NCBI GenBank assembly: GCA_050251055.1 | Contig: JBFWNL010000004.1 | Location: 64,001 to 128,000, forward strand | Reading direction: 5' to 3' | Length of the DNA: 64,000 bases | From: Bacteriovoracia bacterium | Lineage (GTDB): Bacteria; Bdellovibrionota; UBA1018; JBFWNL01 | Shown here: one piece after another, positions 20,694 to 31,173 of the stretch | Layout: the number at the start of each line of letters is the position of its first letter | Position numbering within the stretch: position 1 is the stretch's first letter | Made by a program: the position numbers and the translations under genes | Notes under the pieces: generated by a model | Database searches by the model: none | Told to the model about the DNA's origin: nothing | Seen by the model: only the letters and a program-made list of their open reading frames with translations

Positions 20694-21512
20694 ATGACTC
20701 CTAACAAGGACTTAGCCATCGTCCTGCGCTCCGTCGTATTCCAAGATCGCGACCGGATCGTGACCGCGCTGACCCAAAATCACGGTCGGATCACGGCCTT
20801 GGCCAAGAACTCGGTTCATTCCAAACGCTTCGGCGGGAGCCTGGAGGCGTTCACGGCCGGGGAGTGGCTCTTTACCCAGAAGCCGAATGCCGACATGGCC
20901 CATTTGAGCGAGGCCAACGTGAAGCGCGCTTACGAAGGATTGCGCCGCGACTTTCACCGGCTTTCCATCGGCTCGGCATTCAGTGAAATCATCTTGAAGC
21001 TCACCCATCCGAATGAGCCTTGCCCGCAGCTTTTTCAACTACACTCGAACGCGCTGGCCGTACTCGAAGAAACGGACAACCTGGCGAATCCCTTCTCGCT
21101 GTTAAATATGTATCTCGCGAAAGTCCTGCAGTGGTCGGGTCACCAGCCGGATTTCCTGAACTGCTTGGCGTGCGAAAAGAGCTTAAACGACGTGATGGAA
21201 CTCACCGCGATCGTTTCGGAAGGCGGCTGGGTTTGCGCGGACTGCCGACACACCCACGCACCTACCCACGCCGTGGCCGCGCAGGGAAAGCATCCGCTAC
21301 ACCGCCACGCGATCGTGGATTTACTCATGGCGATGAACCACCCGTTCCGCCAGGCCGTCACGCAGGTGAGCGGTACGCCGGACGCACACCAGGATCTTTT
21401 CGCGTATTTGGAGGCTTTTTTAAGTTATCACGTGGCGGGTTTTGATCGCGCCGCGATGAAAAGCCTGCGGTTTATCTCAGGATCCAGCGAGCCGCTTCCG
21501 CCAGGTCTTTAG
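20694..21512 (+). CDS. recO: DNA repair protein RecO
   Basis: AIVLRS...DRIVTALTQNHGRI, SKRFGGSLE, CxxC...CxxC. Start at 20685 or 20694. Confidence 0.92.
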   Translation: MTPNKDLAIVLRSVVFQDRDRIVTALTQNHGRITALAKNSVHSKRFGGSLEAFTAGEWLFTQKPNADMAHLSEANVKRAYEGLRRDFHRLSIGSAFSEIILKLTHPNEPCPQLFQLHSNALAVLEETDNLANPFSLLNMYLAKVLQWSGHQPDFLNCLACEKSLNDVMELTAIVSEGGWVCADCRHTHAPTHAVAAQGKHPLHRHAIVDLLMAMNHPFRQAVTQVSGTPDAHQDLFAYLEAFLSYHVAGFDRAAMKSLRFISGSSEPLPPGL

Positions 21513-22017
21513 CCACAAAGTCGGCATCCGCTCCGGAAATCTCGCCCGACGTCTTTTCGCCATCGCCCGTCCGCACGAGAATCACGCTCCCACAGCCCGC
21601 CGAGCGGCCCGCTTCGAGATCCGAGCGGCGATCTCCCACCATCACGCTACCCGAGAGCTGGACGCCCAAGTGCCGAGCCCCGTTCTGAATCATCTGGGGG
21701 CTGGGTTTGCGACAAGCGCATTTGTCGTCGGGGTGATGGAAACAAAGCTCGAAATGATCGATGCGCACGCCGAACGGTTTCAGCAGCGATTGGAGTCGCT
21801 CATTGATGAGGGGAATGGCTTCGGGTTTGATCAACCCACGCCCCACGCCCGACTGATTGGAAACAACGACCAACCGGTACCCCGCCTGCGCAAGCGACGC
21901 CAGGGCCTCGCCGACCCCCGGTAGAAGCTTCAGCTGGTCGGGGTGGTTGATGTAGCCGGGGTCGTCGTTGAGCGTCCCGTCTCGATCTAAAAATACGGCG
22001 AAAACCGCATTTGCCAT
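21472..22017 (-). CDS. gmhB: D-glycero-D-manno-heptose 1,7-bisphosphate phosphatase
   Basis: FLDRDGTLN, SNQSGVGRG, CFHHP..CACRKP and MVGDRRSD motifs. Start re-called. Confidence 0.9.
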   Translation of the reverse strand: MANAVFAVFLDRDGTLNDDPGYINHPDQLKLLPGVGEALASLAQAGYRLVVVSNQSGVGRGLIKPEAIPLINERLQSLLKPFGVRIDHFELCFHHPDDKCACRKPSPQMIQNGARHLGVQLSGSVMVGDRRSDLEAGRSAGCGSVILVRTGDGEKTSGEISGADADFVAKDLAEAARWILR

Positions 22018-22060
22018 AGGCCGGACGATATCATAATGTCCGAAACATAGGGAAGAAGTG

Positions 22061-23788
22061 ATGAAATCATTGTGGAAACTGAAGAAGTACGTGGTGCCGT
22101 ACCGATGGCTGGTGTTCGGCAGCGTCTTGCTCGCGATTCCGCTTTCCGTGCTACGTTTCGCGCCCGCGCCGATCATGAAATACATCGGCGACGACTTTTT
22201 CATCCAACGCAATCCGAAGGTCGTCTATCTCTTTCCTCTCGCGTTCATCGTGATCTACCTCCTTAATTTCCCGATTCGTTTCTTCCACTACTATTTCCTA
22301 CGCGTGGTGATGACCCGGGTGAACCAAGCGATCAAGAACGACCTTTGGACGCACTTGTTGGGTCTTTCCGCGGACCACTTCACTAAGCAGAGCACGGGCA
22401 CCCTGATGTCGCGCGTGGCTTCCGATCCCCAGGTCATTGACTCCGGCATACTTTGCATCAACGTCATCGTGCGCGAGCCGCTGACTTTCGCTTTTCTCTT
22501 CGGCTACGCTTTCTACCTAAACTGGAAGCTCACGCTGGTAACGCTCATCATGTTTCCCTGCTTGGCTTGGATTTTTTCGGCCACCGCGCGTAACCTCAAG
22601 CGCTATATCCGCGCCCTCTCCGAAGAGAACGCGAACCTGTACTCGACCATCCAGGAAAACATCACGGGCATCCGCGTGGTGAAATTCTATGGGCTCGAAA
22701 AATACGCCCGCAAAAAATTCCGTGAACGTGCCGAGCGCTTCGCGCATATTTTACGCAAAACCGCCGTCTTGGAGGAAGCCGCGCATCCGGCGGTCGAGCT
22801 CGTGACCGCATTCGCTATCGCCGCCGTTATTTATTACGGCGGGTTGCAAGTCTTGAACGAGTCCATGACGCCGGGCCAGCTGCTTTCTTTCTTTACGGCG
22901 CTGGCGCTCATGACCGATCCCTTGCGCAAGCTCAACGACCTAAACATGAAACTCAACCAGGCGGCCGCCGCCACGGACCGTGTTTTCGAGGTCATGACCT
23001 GGCAAAATCACGTACGCGAGGCGAAAGACCCCAAACGCGTGGACGGGTTCCGGGACGTGATTTCCTTTGAACGCGTGAGCTTCGCTTATCCAGACCTGCC
23101 CGGTCGAAACGTGCTCACCGATATCAGCTTCACCATGAAAAAGGGTGAGACCACGGCGCTCGTAGGTCACAGCGGTTCGGGCAAGAGCTCGCTCGCGGCG
23201 CTGCTCCCCCGCCTTTTCGATGTCACGCATGGGCATATCCGGGTCGATGGCGTGGATATCCGCGATTACGCGCTGGCCGATCTACGCAAGCTTTTTTCGA
23301 TCGTGAGCCAGGACGTATTCCTTTTCAACGACACGATCGAGGAAAATATCCGCTGTGGGCGATTCGACGCCACCCGCGAGGAAATCCGGGCCGCCGCCAA
23401 GGAAGCTTTCGCGCTCGACTTCATCGAGGCGCTGCCGGATAGCTTCAAGACGGTGATTGGGGATCGGGGCCAGAAGCTATCGGGCGGTGAACGCCAACGT
23501 ATCGCCATCGCGCGCGCGTTTCTGCGGCAGTCGCCCATCCTCATCCTCGACGAAGCTACCTCCAGTTTGGATAGCGCCTCCGAAAAGGCCGTACAAAAGG
23601 CGCTCGATAAACTGATGACCAACCGGACGACTTTAATTATCGCCCATCGCTTGTCCACGGTGCGAAACGCCGACCAAATCCACGTCATCAAAGACGGATC
23701 CATCATCGAATCGGGCGATCATCACGATTTGCTCGATAAAAAAGGCGAATACGCGAAATTCATTCAGATCAGCGACGACTTGAGCTAA
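22061..23788 (+). CDS. msbA: MsbA-like ABC exporter (fused permease and ATPase)
   Basis: TM domain, GHSGSGKS, LSGGERQR and ILDEATSSLD; divergent from gmhB. Confidence 0.8.
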   Translation: MKSLWKLKKYVVPYRWLVFGSVLLAIPLSVLRFAPAPIMKYIGDDFFIQRNPKVVYLFPLAFIVIYLLNFPIRFFHYYFLRVVMTRVNQAIKNDLWTHLLGLSADHFTKQSTGTLMSRVASDPQVIDSGILCINVIVREPLTFAFLFGYAFYLNWKLTLVTLIMFPCLAWIFSATARNLKRYIRALSEENANLYSTIQENITGIRVVKFYGLEKYARKKFRERAERFAHILRKTAVLEEAAHPAVELVTAFAIAAVIYYGGLQVLNESMTPGQLLSFFTALALMTDPLRKLNDLNMKLNQAAAATDRVFEVMTWQNHVREAKDPKRVDGFRDVISFERVSFAYPDLPGRNVLTDISFTMKKGETTALVGHSGSGKSSLAALLPRLFDVTHGHIRVDGVDIRDYALADLRKLFSIVSQDVFLFNDTIEENIRCGRFDATREEIRAAAKEAFALDFIEALPDSFKTVIGDRGQKLSGGERQRIAIARAFLRQSPILILDEATSSLDSASEKAVQKALDKLMTNRTTLIIAHRLSTVRNADQIHVIKDGSIIESGDHHDLLDKKGEYAKFIQISDDLS

Positions 23789-24354
23789 ACCGAACGTCGC
23801 TTCCAGTCGCCCCAGAGCAGGATCGCCCCGAACAGCTCGCCCAGCCAGACATGGGGGCGCGCGAAGGAAAGCAGGTGCTCGCCGCTATTCGCATAGGGCA
23901 TGACGGGAAAATTCGCCCCCAGGGCCGGCCATAGAAGTCCAACAATTCGATCCGATCCCCACGAAAACACGTCCGTGCCCGCGCGCACATTCATCCAAAT
24001 CGCCTCGAAGGAGTCGCCGACGTGGTCAAGTAGCAAGTGCGTGCCCATTCCGAGCACTAGTGCCGCGATCGGGCGCGAACGCAAAATCACCGCGCTCACC
24101 CCCAGGGCGAGAAGAAGTAACGCCGTATGTCCAATCGTGCGGGAACCGGAGATGAGGCCAATTTCCGATCCGTGGCGTCCCGTGACCCAGGCTAATCCGT
24201 AGTAGAGCGGTTTATCGATTAGATCGGGAGCAATCGTGCCGGCTAAGATCCCACCCACGGGGAGCTTCGCGGGTTTCTCCGTCGCGAACACGGGTCCGCC
24301 CGTGAATGGACGCGCGAGCCTTAGTCCAATTCCCATATGCCCCAAGAAGAACAT
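23785..24354 (-). CDS. Membrane-bound metal-dependent hydrolase (YdjM-like)
   Basis: GH...PDLIDKP...GHT...THLLLD motifs. Confidence 0.85.
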   Translation of the reverse strand: MFFLGHMGIGLRLARPFTGGPVFATEKPAKLPVGGILAGTIAPDLIDKPLYYGLAWVTGRHGSEIGLISGSRTIGHTALLLLALGVSAVILRSRPIAALVLGMGTHLLLDHVGDSFEAIWMNVRAGTDVFSWGSDRIVGLLWPALGANFPVMPYANSGEHLLSFARPHVWLGELFGAILLWGDWKRRSV

Positions 24355-25367
24355 TAGCTTTGAACGACTACCTTTCCAAAGGCCTGCCGCGATTCCAGGC
24401 GAGCATAGGCTTTCGGAAGGTCGCGTAAGGAAAACTCGGAATCAATCACCGGCGAGAGCCTCCCTTGGGATACGAAACCCACCAGGTCCACGAGGTCCTG
24501 TCGGCCTCCCATCGTAGATCCCAGTAATGCGATGTTCTTAAAGAAAACGAGCTTTAGATCAATACTCACGCGCGAGCCACTCGTGGCCCCGCAGGTGACG
24601 AGCCTTCCGCCCCAGTTCAAGCTCTTCACGCTTTCCTCGAAGGTCGCCACGCCGACGTGATCAATCACGACATCCACGCCTCGTCCCAAGCCCATTGCTT
24701 TCAATACCTGCTTCAATCCTTCGCGAAAAGGGCCCTTTCCGGTTTCAATCACGTGGTCGGCGCCGAGCTCCTTAACTCTACGCGCCTTTTCAGCGGTAGA
24801 CGCCGTAACAAACACGGTGGCGCCCAACATCTTGGCAAGCTGCACGCAGGCAACCGAAACGCCGCTGCCGGCCGCGTGGATTAAGATGGTTTCGCCTGAT
24901 TGCAGCTTCGCCTTCCGATGCAGCATACTCCACGCCGTAACGTAAGCCACCGGCAGACAAGCGGCCTGCTCGAAGCTCACGGATTCAGGCAGGGGGATGA
25001 GATTGCGTTCAGGCACGGCGATGAGCTCAGCGGCGCCTCCGTCGCGAGTTTCTCCAATCAACCCGAATTGCGCGCACACAGGTCCGAAGTCGGCGCGGCA
25101 CGCGGCGCACTGCCCGCAGGACATCACTGCGTGCACGACGACGCGCGCCCCGGATTTTTCTTCTACGCCAGCGACATCGCACCCAGGCACCAGCGGTAGG
25201 GGAAACCGATGACCTTCCACGCCGTTGCGCACCCAAAGATCTAGATGATTCAAGCCGATCGCGCGAGGACGCACACGGACGATACCAGGCGCCGCCACGG
25301 GGTCGGATACCTCTTTGTGTACAAGGACTTCTGGACCGCCGTGACGCTCAACCACCCAGGCTTTCAT
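24354..25367 (-). CDS. MDR-family Zn-binding dehydrogenase / quinone oxidoreductase
   Basis: GLNHLD, CGQCAAC...C and AAGSGV motifs. Start re-called to MKAWVV. Confidence 0.9.
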   Translation of the reverse strand: MKAWVVERHGGPEVLVHKEVSDPVAAPGIVRVRPRAIGLNHLDLWVRNGVEGHRFPLPLVPGCDVAGVEEKSGARVVVHAVMSCGQCAACRADFGPVCAQFGLIGETRDGGAAELIAVPERNLIPLPESVSFEQAACLPVAYVTAWSMLHRKAKLQSGETILIHAAGSGVSVACVQLAKMLGATVFVTASTAEKARRVKELGADHVIETGKGPFREGLKQVLKAMGLGRGVDVVIDHVGVATFEESVKSLNWGGRLVTCGATSGSRVSIDLKLVFFKNIALLGSTMGGRQDLVDLVGFVSQGRLSPVIDSEFSLRDLPKAYARLESRQAFGKVVVQS

Positions 25368-25424
25368 GAGGAAAAACATACCATTTGGAATTGACCTTAT
25401 CACGCAGATTGTTAAAGTGACTGA

Positions 25425-26858
25425 ATGTCGCGCAAGTGGTTGGTGCTCATGGCGATTGCCTGCGGCACCTTCATGGCAACCTTGGATTCCAGCATCGTGA
25501 ACATCGCGCTTCGGCCGGTGGCTAAGAATCTGGCGACGGACCTCACGCACATCAAGTGGATCGTTACCGTCTACTTTCTGATCATCACCTGCCTGCTCTT
25601 GCCCATCGGACGCCTCTCCGATCTCTTCGGGCGCAAGCGCGTCTTTTCCACCGGCTTTTTTATCTTCATTTTCGGCTCCGCGCTCTGCGGCTTGGCACCC
25701 ACCCTTACCTGGCTAATTGTTTCGCGCGTGTTGCAAGGACTGGGTGCGGCGATGCTCATGGCGAACGGACCGGCGATCATTACCTCCACTTTTCCAGCCA
25801 CGCACCGGGGTACGGCGCTCGGCACGCTCGGCATGGTGGTGAGCGCGGGCTTGATTTCCGGGCCTGCGATCGGCGGCATTCTGATTCAAGAAATGGGCTG
25901 GCGCAGCGTTTTTTTGATTAACATTCCCATCGGCATGCTGGGCATGGTTCTCGCGTCCGCTTTCATCGAGGATGATGACAAGGAACAGGACACGCGGCGC
26001 CGCAAGGAGCTCTTGGCGAAGTTCGACTGGGCGGGATCGATCCTGCAATCCGTGATCATTATCTGCCTTATCCTGATGTTCCTGCCTTCGGAGCTTTCCC
26101 TACCGAAAGCGCTCGTGAACGTGTCCGAACCCTTGCTCGCGCTACTCGTGCTGATTCTCTGCGTGATTTTCGTGCGGCTAGAAAGTCGGGCCGAGGCGCC
26201 CGTATTTGACCTAGACCTCATCCGAGACATGACTTTCTGGACGGGCAACCTCTCCGCGTTCCTCACCTTCGTCGCCTATTCGACGATCGCCGTGCTGATG
26301 CCGTACTACCTGCAGGAAGGCCTGAGCCTCGACACCCAGCGCACGGGCTACCTCATGACGGCGATTCCGATCACCATCCTCGTCACAGCGCCGATCAGCG
26401 GAAAACTTTCGGACGTTTTCGGCAGCAAAGAGCTTTGCATCTTGGGCGCCACCATCGAGTGCGTGACCTTGCTCATGATGGGTGGGTTATTTGGCCTAGG
26501 CCTGCACAAGGACATCAGCCAGAACGTGATTGTTTTCATCCTGTGCGCCATCGGCATGAGCATCGGTCTCTTCCAGTCCCCGAACAACAACGCCATCATG
26601 GGCGCGGTCCCGACGGAAAAGCTGGGGGCGGCTTCGGCGTTCATGGCGACCGTTCGAAATTTGGCGCTTGGCGTCGGCACCGGCTTCGCCACGGGAGTAT
26701 TTTCATGGAAGGAAGCGCAGAACGGCGACTTCATCGGCGCCATGCGGTTTACATACCTCGCGGCGGGCGTCATCGCGGCGGGAGCTGTGGTAAGCTCATT
26801 AGGTAAGACTCGCGGCCCCCACTGGAAGAAGCATGGTCTGGAAAAAAAAGGAACGTGA
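25425..26858 (+). CDS. MFS transporter, DHA2 family
   Basis: LDSSIVNIAL, GRLSDLFGRK and GWRSVFLINIPIG motifs. Confidence 0.93.
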   Translation: MSRKWLVLMAIACGTFMATLDSSIVNIALRPVAKNLATDLTHIKWIVTVYFLIITCLLLPIGRLSDLFGRKRVFSTGFFIFIFGSALCGLAPTLTWLIVSRVLQGLGAAMLMANGPAIITSTFPATHRGTALGTLGMVVSAGLISGPAIGGILIQEMGWRSVFLINIPIGMLGMVLASAFIEDDDKEQDTRRRKELLAKFDWAGSILQSVIIICLILMFLPSELSLPKALVNVSEPLLALLVLILCVIFVRLESRAEAPVFDLDLIRDMTFWTGNLSAFLTFVAYSTIAVLMPYYLQEGLSLDTQRTGYLMTAIPITILVTAPISGKLSDVFGSKELCILGATIECVTLLMMGGLFGLGLHKDISQNVIVFILCAIGMSIGLFQSPNNNAIMGAVPTEKLGAASAFMATVRNLALGVGTGFATGVFSWKEAQNGDFIGAMRFTYLAAGVIAAGAVVSSLGKTRGPHWKKHGLEKKGT

Positions 26859-27858
26859 ACTCACCCCCGAAGAAGCGATCGCCCTGGCCAAGCAGGAGCT
26901 CAAGCCTTTTTGGTTCGGCGTCACGCCGCTCTTCGCCGCCATCCGGCAACCCGACGCCGTCACCATTCACCCCCTCGATCCGCAGTTTTCCTCCCATACC
27001 TGGATTCTGTACTTTTTGGATCAAAACTCCTTCCACTACGGAAATGCGCTGAAACTCGCTGCGGAATGGCAGAAGCGGTACGCTCCATATTCGGTGCGTT
27101 CCTTGATCGTCATGCATTCCGACTACCCCCAGCAAGCCGACGCCGCCGCGATGGAAAAATTCATTGAGAAAACCCATTTGAAATTTCCGGTCGTCTTGAG
27201 CCAAGGCGGGCTCGTGCCTAGCGCATATCAGGTAAAATCATTCCCCACCGTGACCTGCATCCACCAGGGTCGGGTGTTCCATTCGATGAGTGGAAACCGT
27301 TGGTTTGATACCGTAGAAACGGTGCTACAAGACCACTTGCGCAAATCTGATCCCGGGCTACCCCTGGCCATGCCCCTTCAGAGCCGGGAACTGCCTGCAA
27401 TCGCCGAGATCTCGCGCGCCCTTGGGAAAAAAGCCGCAACCAACTTGGTTTTCAAGCCGAGTAGAAACGGCGCTTCGGCTCCCTCCGACGAAAAAATCCT
27501 GCTGATCGGTCAATGGACCCAAACCGATGATTGCGTCACCACGTCGGACCCGGAGGCGCAGATCAGGTTTCGTACGCGACTCCCGCGCGTCAGCATCGTT
27601 GCCGCCTCTCTCTCTAAAACGGTAGAGTCCGCTAAAATCTTGGTTGAATCGGACGGCGCCCCCGCCCTCGATATTTTTTCCGGAACCGATCTGAAGTTCG
27701 AAGACGATGGGCAAAGCTTCCTGGAGATCAAGGACCTGCAGCTCTATCAGGCGCTCGAAAAGCTCACGCCCGATAAATTCGAAATCACCCTCAAGTTCTC
27801 ACACGCCAAGCGAGTCCCCGTCGCCGTCCACGGGATCCGCACCTGCGAAATTAACTGA
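26833..27858 (+). CDS. DipZ-like thioredoxin-fold protein lacking CxxC
   Basis: EWQKRY..VMHSDY..LKFPVV..FPT, then a DipZ-like C-terminal beta domain; inference. Confidence 0.65.
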   Translation: MVWKKKERELTPEEAIALAKQELKPFWFGVTPLFAAIRQPDAVTIHPLDPQFSSHTWILYFLDQNSFHYGNALKLAAEWQKRYAPYSVRSLIVMHSDYPQQADAAAMEKFIEKTHLKFPVVLSQGGLVPSAYQVKSFPTVTCIHQGRVFHSMSGNRWFDTVETVLQDHLRKSDPGLPLAMPLQSRELPAIAEISRALGKKAATNLVFKPSRNGASAPSDEKILLIGQWTQTDDCVTTSDPEAQIRFRTRLPRVSIVAASLSKTVESAKILVESDGAPALDIFSGTDLKFEDDGQSFLEIKDLQLYQALEKLTPDKFEITLKFSHAKRVPVAVHGIRTCEIN

Positions 27859-28785
27859 AGCCATCGCCAAGTTCCGCTTGAACTGAGCGGGCTTCACTCG
27901 GGAAAGCGCGGATCCCTTCACCCGCTCGGCATACTGCGCATCCGTTTCCGCGGCCAAGGCGGCCCAATCTTCGGGCAAGCGAGGGTCGGCCTGGGCCGGC
28001 AAAGTTGATTTTCGGTTGAAGGGACAAACCTCCTGGCAGATATCGCAGCCGGCCACCCAACGGCCTAACTTGCTCGTATCGAGCGGCAATTCGCGCCACT
28101 CCCCACGCTCCTCCAGCGTCGCGTAGCTAATACAACGACGCGATTCCAGATAGCGCGGCTCCCGGAAGGCGGCGGTCGGACACCCGTCCAAGCAGCGTGT
28201 GCAATGGCCGCAATAGTCGGGCAAAGGTTCGGGACCGCGGCCCACGGGCACACTGAGCAAGATCTCCCCGATAAAAAAATAACTCCCGTGCTTCGGGTGG
28301 ATCAACATCGAATTTTTTCCAATCCACCCCAAACCCGCCATCGCCGCCCATGCGCGCTCGAGCACGGCGCTGGTGTCGACGCAAACCTTCCAGGTAGGTG
28401 TCTCGCCCGTATTCGCGTGAACCTCCGCGGCCACACGCTCGGCCAACCGCTCGAGCTTGGCTTTCATCCCCCGATGATAATCGTCGCCGCGCAGGTAACG
28501 GGCGTAGCGTGGGGCCTGGGGGTTTTCGCTAAAAACCGCGTTGGGGTAGGGGAGACCCACGCAAAGCATGCCGCGCGTGGCGGGAAAAAGCCGGCGCGGG
28601 TCCTCGCGGAAGTCCCGTCCGCGCACGAGGTAGTGCATGGATCCGGCGGATCCTTGGTCAATCCAAGCGGAGTACTTTCGCCAATGCTCGGCGAGCGCTC
28701 CCTGCACGATTTCATCATTGACGTCGATGGCGCCGGCGATCGGAAAGCCCTCGGCGTGGGCCAGGGCCTTTAGCCGCTCATGCAT
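27799..28785 (-). CDS. queG: Epoxyqueuosine reductase
   Basis: DDYH, VDTSAVLER, GWIGKNS, CGHCTRCLDGCPT and GCDICQEVCPFN motifs. Confidence 0.95.
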   Translation of the reverse strand: MHERLKALAHAEGFPIAGAIDVNDEIVQGALAEHWRKYSAWIDQGSAGSMHYLVRGRDFREDPRRLFPATRGMLCVGLPYPNAVFSENPQAPRYARYLRGDDYHRGMKAKLERLAERVAAEVHANTGETPTWKVCVDTSAVLERAWAAMAGLGWIGKNSMLIHPKHGSYFFIGEILLSVPVGRGPEPLPDYCGHCTRCLDGCPTAAFREPRYLESRRCISYATLEERGEWRELPLDTSKLGRWVAGCDICQEVCPFNRKSTLPAQADPRLPEDWAALAAETDAQYAERVKGSALSRVKPAQFKRNLAMASVNFAGADPVDGDGDSLGV

Positions 28786-29074
28786 TCTCTAGCCAGGCGG
28801 CGATGCCGCCATCGAGCGAGCGCAGCTTGGGAAACCCCAGCGTGCGCAAAGTCATCAAGGCTTCCAGGCTACGCACGCCCTTGGCGCAGTAAAGCACGAT
28901 GTTTTGATCCTTTGAAAGCTCCGTGGCGCGCTCGGCAAGCTCGCCCAGTGGGATCAGCCGCGCGCCATCGATATGCACTTCCTCGAACTCCTCGGGCTGG
29001 CGCACGTCCACCAGCGTGACTTGAGCACGTTCCTGCTTCAACTGCTCCGGAGATATGAGCCAAGGGCTAAGCAT
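28778..29074 (-). CDS. Rhodanese-like domain protein
   Basis: DVRQPEEF, YCAKGVRS and LDGGIAAW motifs. Confidence 0.9.
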   Translation of the reverse strand: MLSPWLISPEQLKQERAQVTLVDVRQPEEFEEVHIDGARLIPLGELAERATELSKDQNIVLYCAKGVRSLEALMTLRTLGFPKLRSLDGGIAAWLENA

Positions 29075-30500
29075 GCACCCGTCCTCCCGAAGCGCTTTTC
29101 CACTTCGACGCGACATTCACGACCCGGCCCACCAAATTATAGGGAAGGGTCTCGGTAATTTCCACGTCCACGAGATCTCCGGCCCCGACGTCGGAAAACC
29201 CCTCGATGTCGTTGATCAGAACATTGCCATCGATGCCCATCGCCTGCGCCGGCATGCGGCCTTGCAAAAGCAGCTCGCTTTCCGTGCTCACGCCTTCCAC
29301 TAGCACCGGCACCCGTCGGCCTAGGTATTTCCCCTGACGCTGTAGGGCCTGCTCCTGCAGGAGCGCGATGAGTTTTTGGGAACGCTTGCGTTTAACGGCT
29401 TCGGGCAGCTGGCCGGAAAGCGTGGACGCTTTCGTGCCTTCCTCGTGCGAGTAGCGGAAAACCCCCACGTGATCGAGGTTGAGCTTGACCAAGTCGTCAC
29501 ACAGCTCTTCGAACTCGGCGTCCGTTTCCCCCGGGAAACCCACGATAATGGAGGTACGAAAGACCATCTCCGGCACACGCTCGCGCAGCTCGCCGATCAG
29601 CTCAAAAAGGCGCTCCTTCTTGAGGCTCCGATTCATGAGCTTAAGCACGCGATCGTTCGTGTGCTGGATGGGCATATCGAGATATTTCACGATCTTGGGC
29701 TGGGTCGCGATAATCTCCAAGAGCTCGTCCGTGAACTGATCCGGATAAACGTAATGCAGGCGGATCCAGTCGATGGTTTCGATTTCACATAGCTTTGGTA
29801 AAAGCTGCTTCAGATTTTCGCGATAGCGATTTTCGATCCCGTAGTGGGTGAGATCCTGAGCCACCAAATTCAATTCACGAATACCTTGGTCGCCCATGCG
29901 GCGCGCCTCATTCACGAGCGAATCCACCGAACGGGAGCGGACATTTCCGCGCAGATCGGGAATAATGCAGAACGAACAGCGGCGGTTGCAGCCTTCGGAA
30001 AGCTTCAGATAGCCCGCGTACTTCGGGCCGGTATGCGTGCGTTCGTCGGTTTCCGAATGAATGAAAGCTGGCTGGTCGATATAAGCGCGCTTCGGCAACT
30101 TCCCGCCCAAGCGGATCGACTCGTTCCGCTCATCCAAAAATTCCGTGATGCGATGATACTGGCCCGTCCCGATCATGAGATCGACCTCGGGCATATCCTT
30201 CTCGATATCTTTCGAATACCGCTGCGCCAGACATCCTGAAACCACGAGCGCCTTGCACTTGCCGCTCACCTTGTAGTCGGCCATCTCAAGGATCGTATTG
30301 ATCGATTCTTCCTTCGCGGCTTGAATGAAGGAGCACGTGTTCACGATGATCACTTCCGCGTCGGAAGGATCCTTCACGATATTATATTGGCTCTGCTTGA
30401 GCTTGCCGAGCATCACCTCGGAATCGACGAGGTTCTTCGAGCAGCCAAGGCTAACGAAATAAACCGGGGATTCGAAGGAAGTGAGCTGGCTCGTCGACAT
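29067..30500 (-). CDS. rimO: Ribosomal protein S12 methylthiotransferase
   Basis: SLGCSKNLVDSE, NTCSFIQAAKEESI, CNRRCSFC and a TRAM domain. Confidence 0.96.
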   Translation of the reverse strand: MSTSQLTSFESPVYFVSLGCSKNLVDSEVMLGKLKQSQYNIVKDPSDAEVIIVNTCSFIQAAKEESINTILEMADYKVSGKCKALVVSGCLAQRYSKDIEKDMPEVDLMIGTGQYHRITEFLDERNESIRLGGKLPKRAYIDQPAFIHSETDERTHTGPKYAGYLKLSEGCNRRCSFCIIPDLRGNVRSRSVDSLVNEARRMGDQGIRELNLVAQDLTHYGIENRYRENLKQLLPKLCEIETIDWIRLHYVYPDQFTDELLEIIATQPKIVKYLDMPIQHTNDRVLKLMNRSLKKERLFELIGELRERVPEMVFRTSIIVGFPGETDAEFEELCDDLVKLNLDHVGVFRYSHEEGTKASTLSGQLPEAVKRKRSQKLIALLQEQALQRQGKYLGRRVPVLVEGVSTESELLLQGRMPAQAMGIDGNVLINDIEGFSDVGAGDLVDVEITETLPYNLVGRVVNVASKWKSASGGRVHA

Positions 30501-30514
30501 GGGTATGGCCTCGG

Positions 30515-31015
30515 TTAGTCCCGGAAGTTTCCGAATTGGAGCGGGACTTTCAGATCCTGCTGCTTGCCCCGCAAGAGTGAAATGACATCTTGGAGCACGT
30601 CGCGGCTATTGCCCGAAACACGCACCTGCTCGTCTTGAATCTGTGCCTGCGCCTTGAGCTTGCTTTCCTTAACGGCGGCGATGATCTCCTTGCCCTTTTC
30701 CTTCGAGATGCCGGCCTGCACCGGTACGACCTGGCGCACGCTCGAGCCGAAGGCCGCTTCCACCTTGCTCGTAAAATCGAAGGAAAGCGTCGAGAGTCCG
30801 CGCTTGATGCACTTGTTTTGAAAAACATCGATGACCGCTTCGAGTTTGCCTTCTTCGCTGCACCAAAGCGTGACCGTCTTCGCCTTCTGATCCAACTTGA
30901 TTTCAACCTTCACGCTTTTGAAGTCGAAGCGCTGGCCAATTTCCTTATTGGCTTGATTGATAGCGTTATCGAGCTCCTGCCAGTTGAGCTCGGAAGTGAC
31001 GTCAAACGTAGGCAT
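30515..31015 (-). CDS. yajQ: YajQ family nucleotide/c-di-GMP-binding protein
   Basis: [25 protein letters not shown] and LQFGNFRD motifs. Confidence 0.95.
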   Translation of the reverse strand: MPTFDVTSELNWQELDNAINQANKEIGQRFDFKSVKVEIKLDQKAKTVTLWCSEEGKLEAVIDVFQNKCIKRGLSTLSFDFTSKVEAAFGSSVRQVVPVQAGISKEKGKEIIAAVKESKLKAQAQIQDEQVRVSGNSRDVLQDVISLLRGKQQDLKVPLQFGNFRD

Positions 31016-31173
31016 CGAAAATTCTCCTTTAGAATTGAGGACCTATATTAAAAAAGTCGGATTTACGCAAGCATCTGAAACCCCATTAAGTTTCGAGAGC
31101 TTAGACACCCTAAATTTGACACCTAGGGTCGTCACTGCTAAACCCCACCCCATAAGGGTTAGGGAGGTTACTC

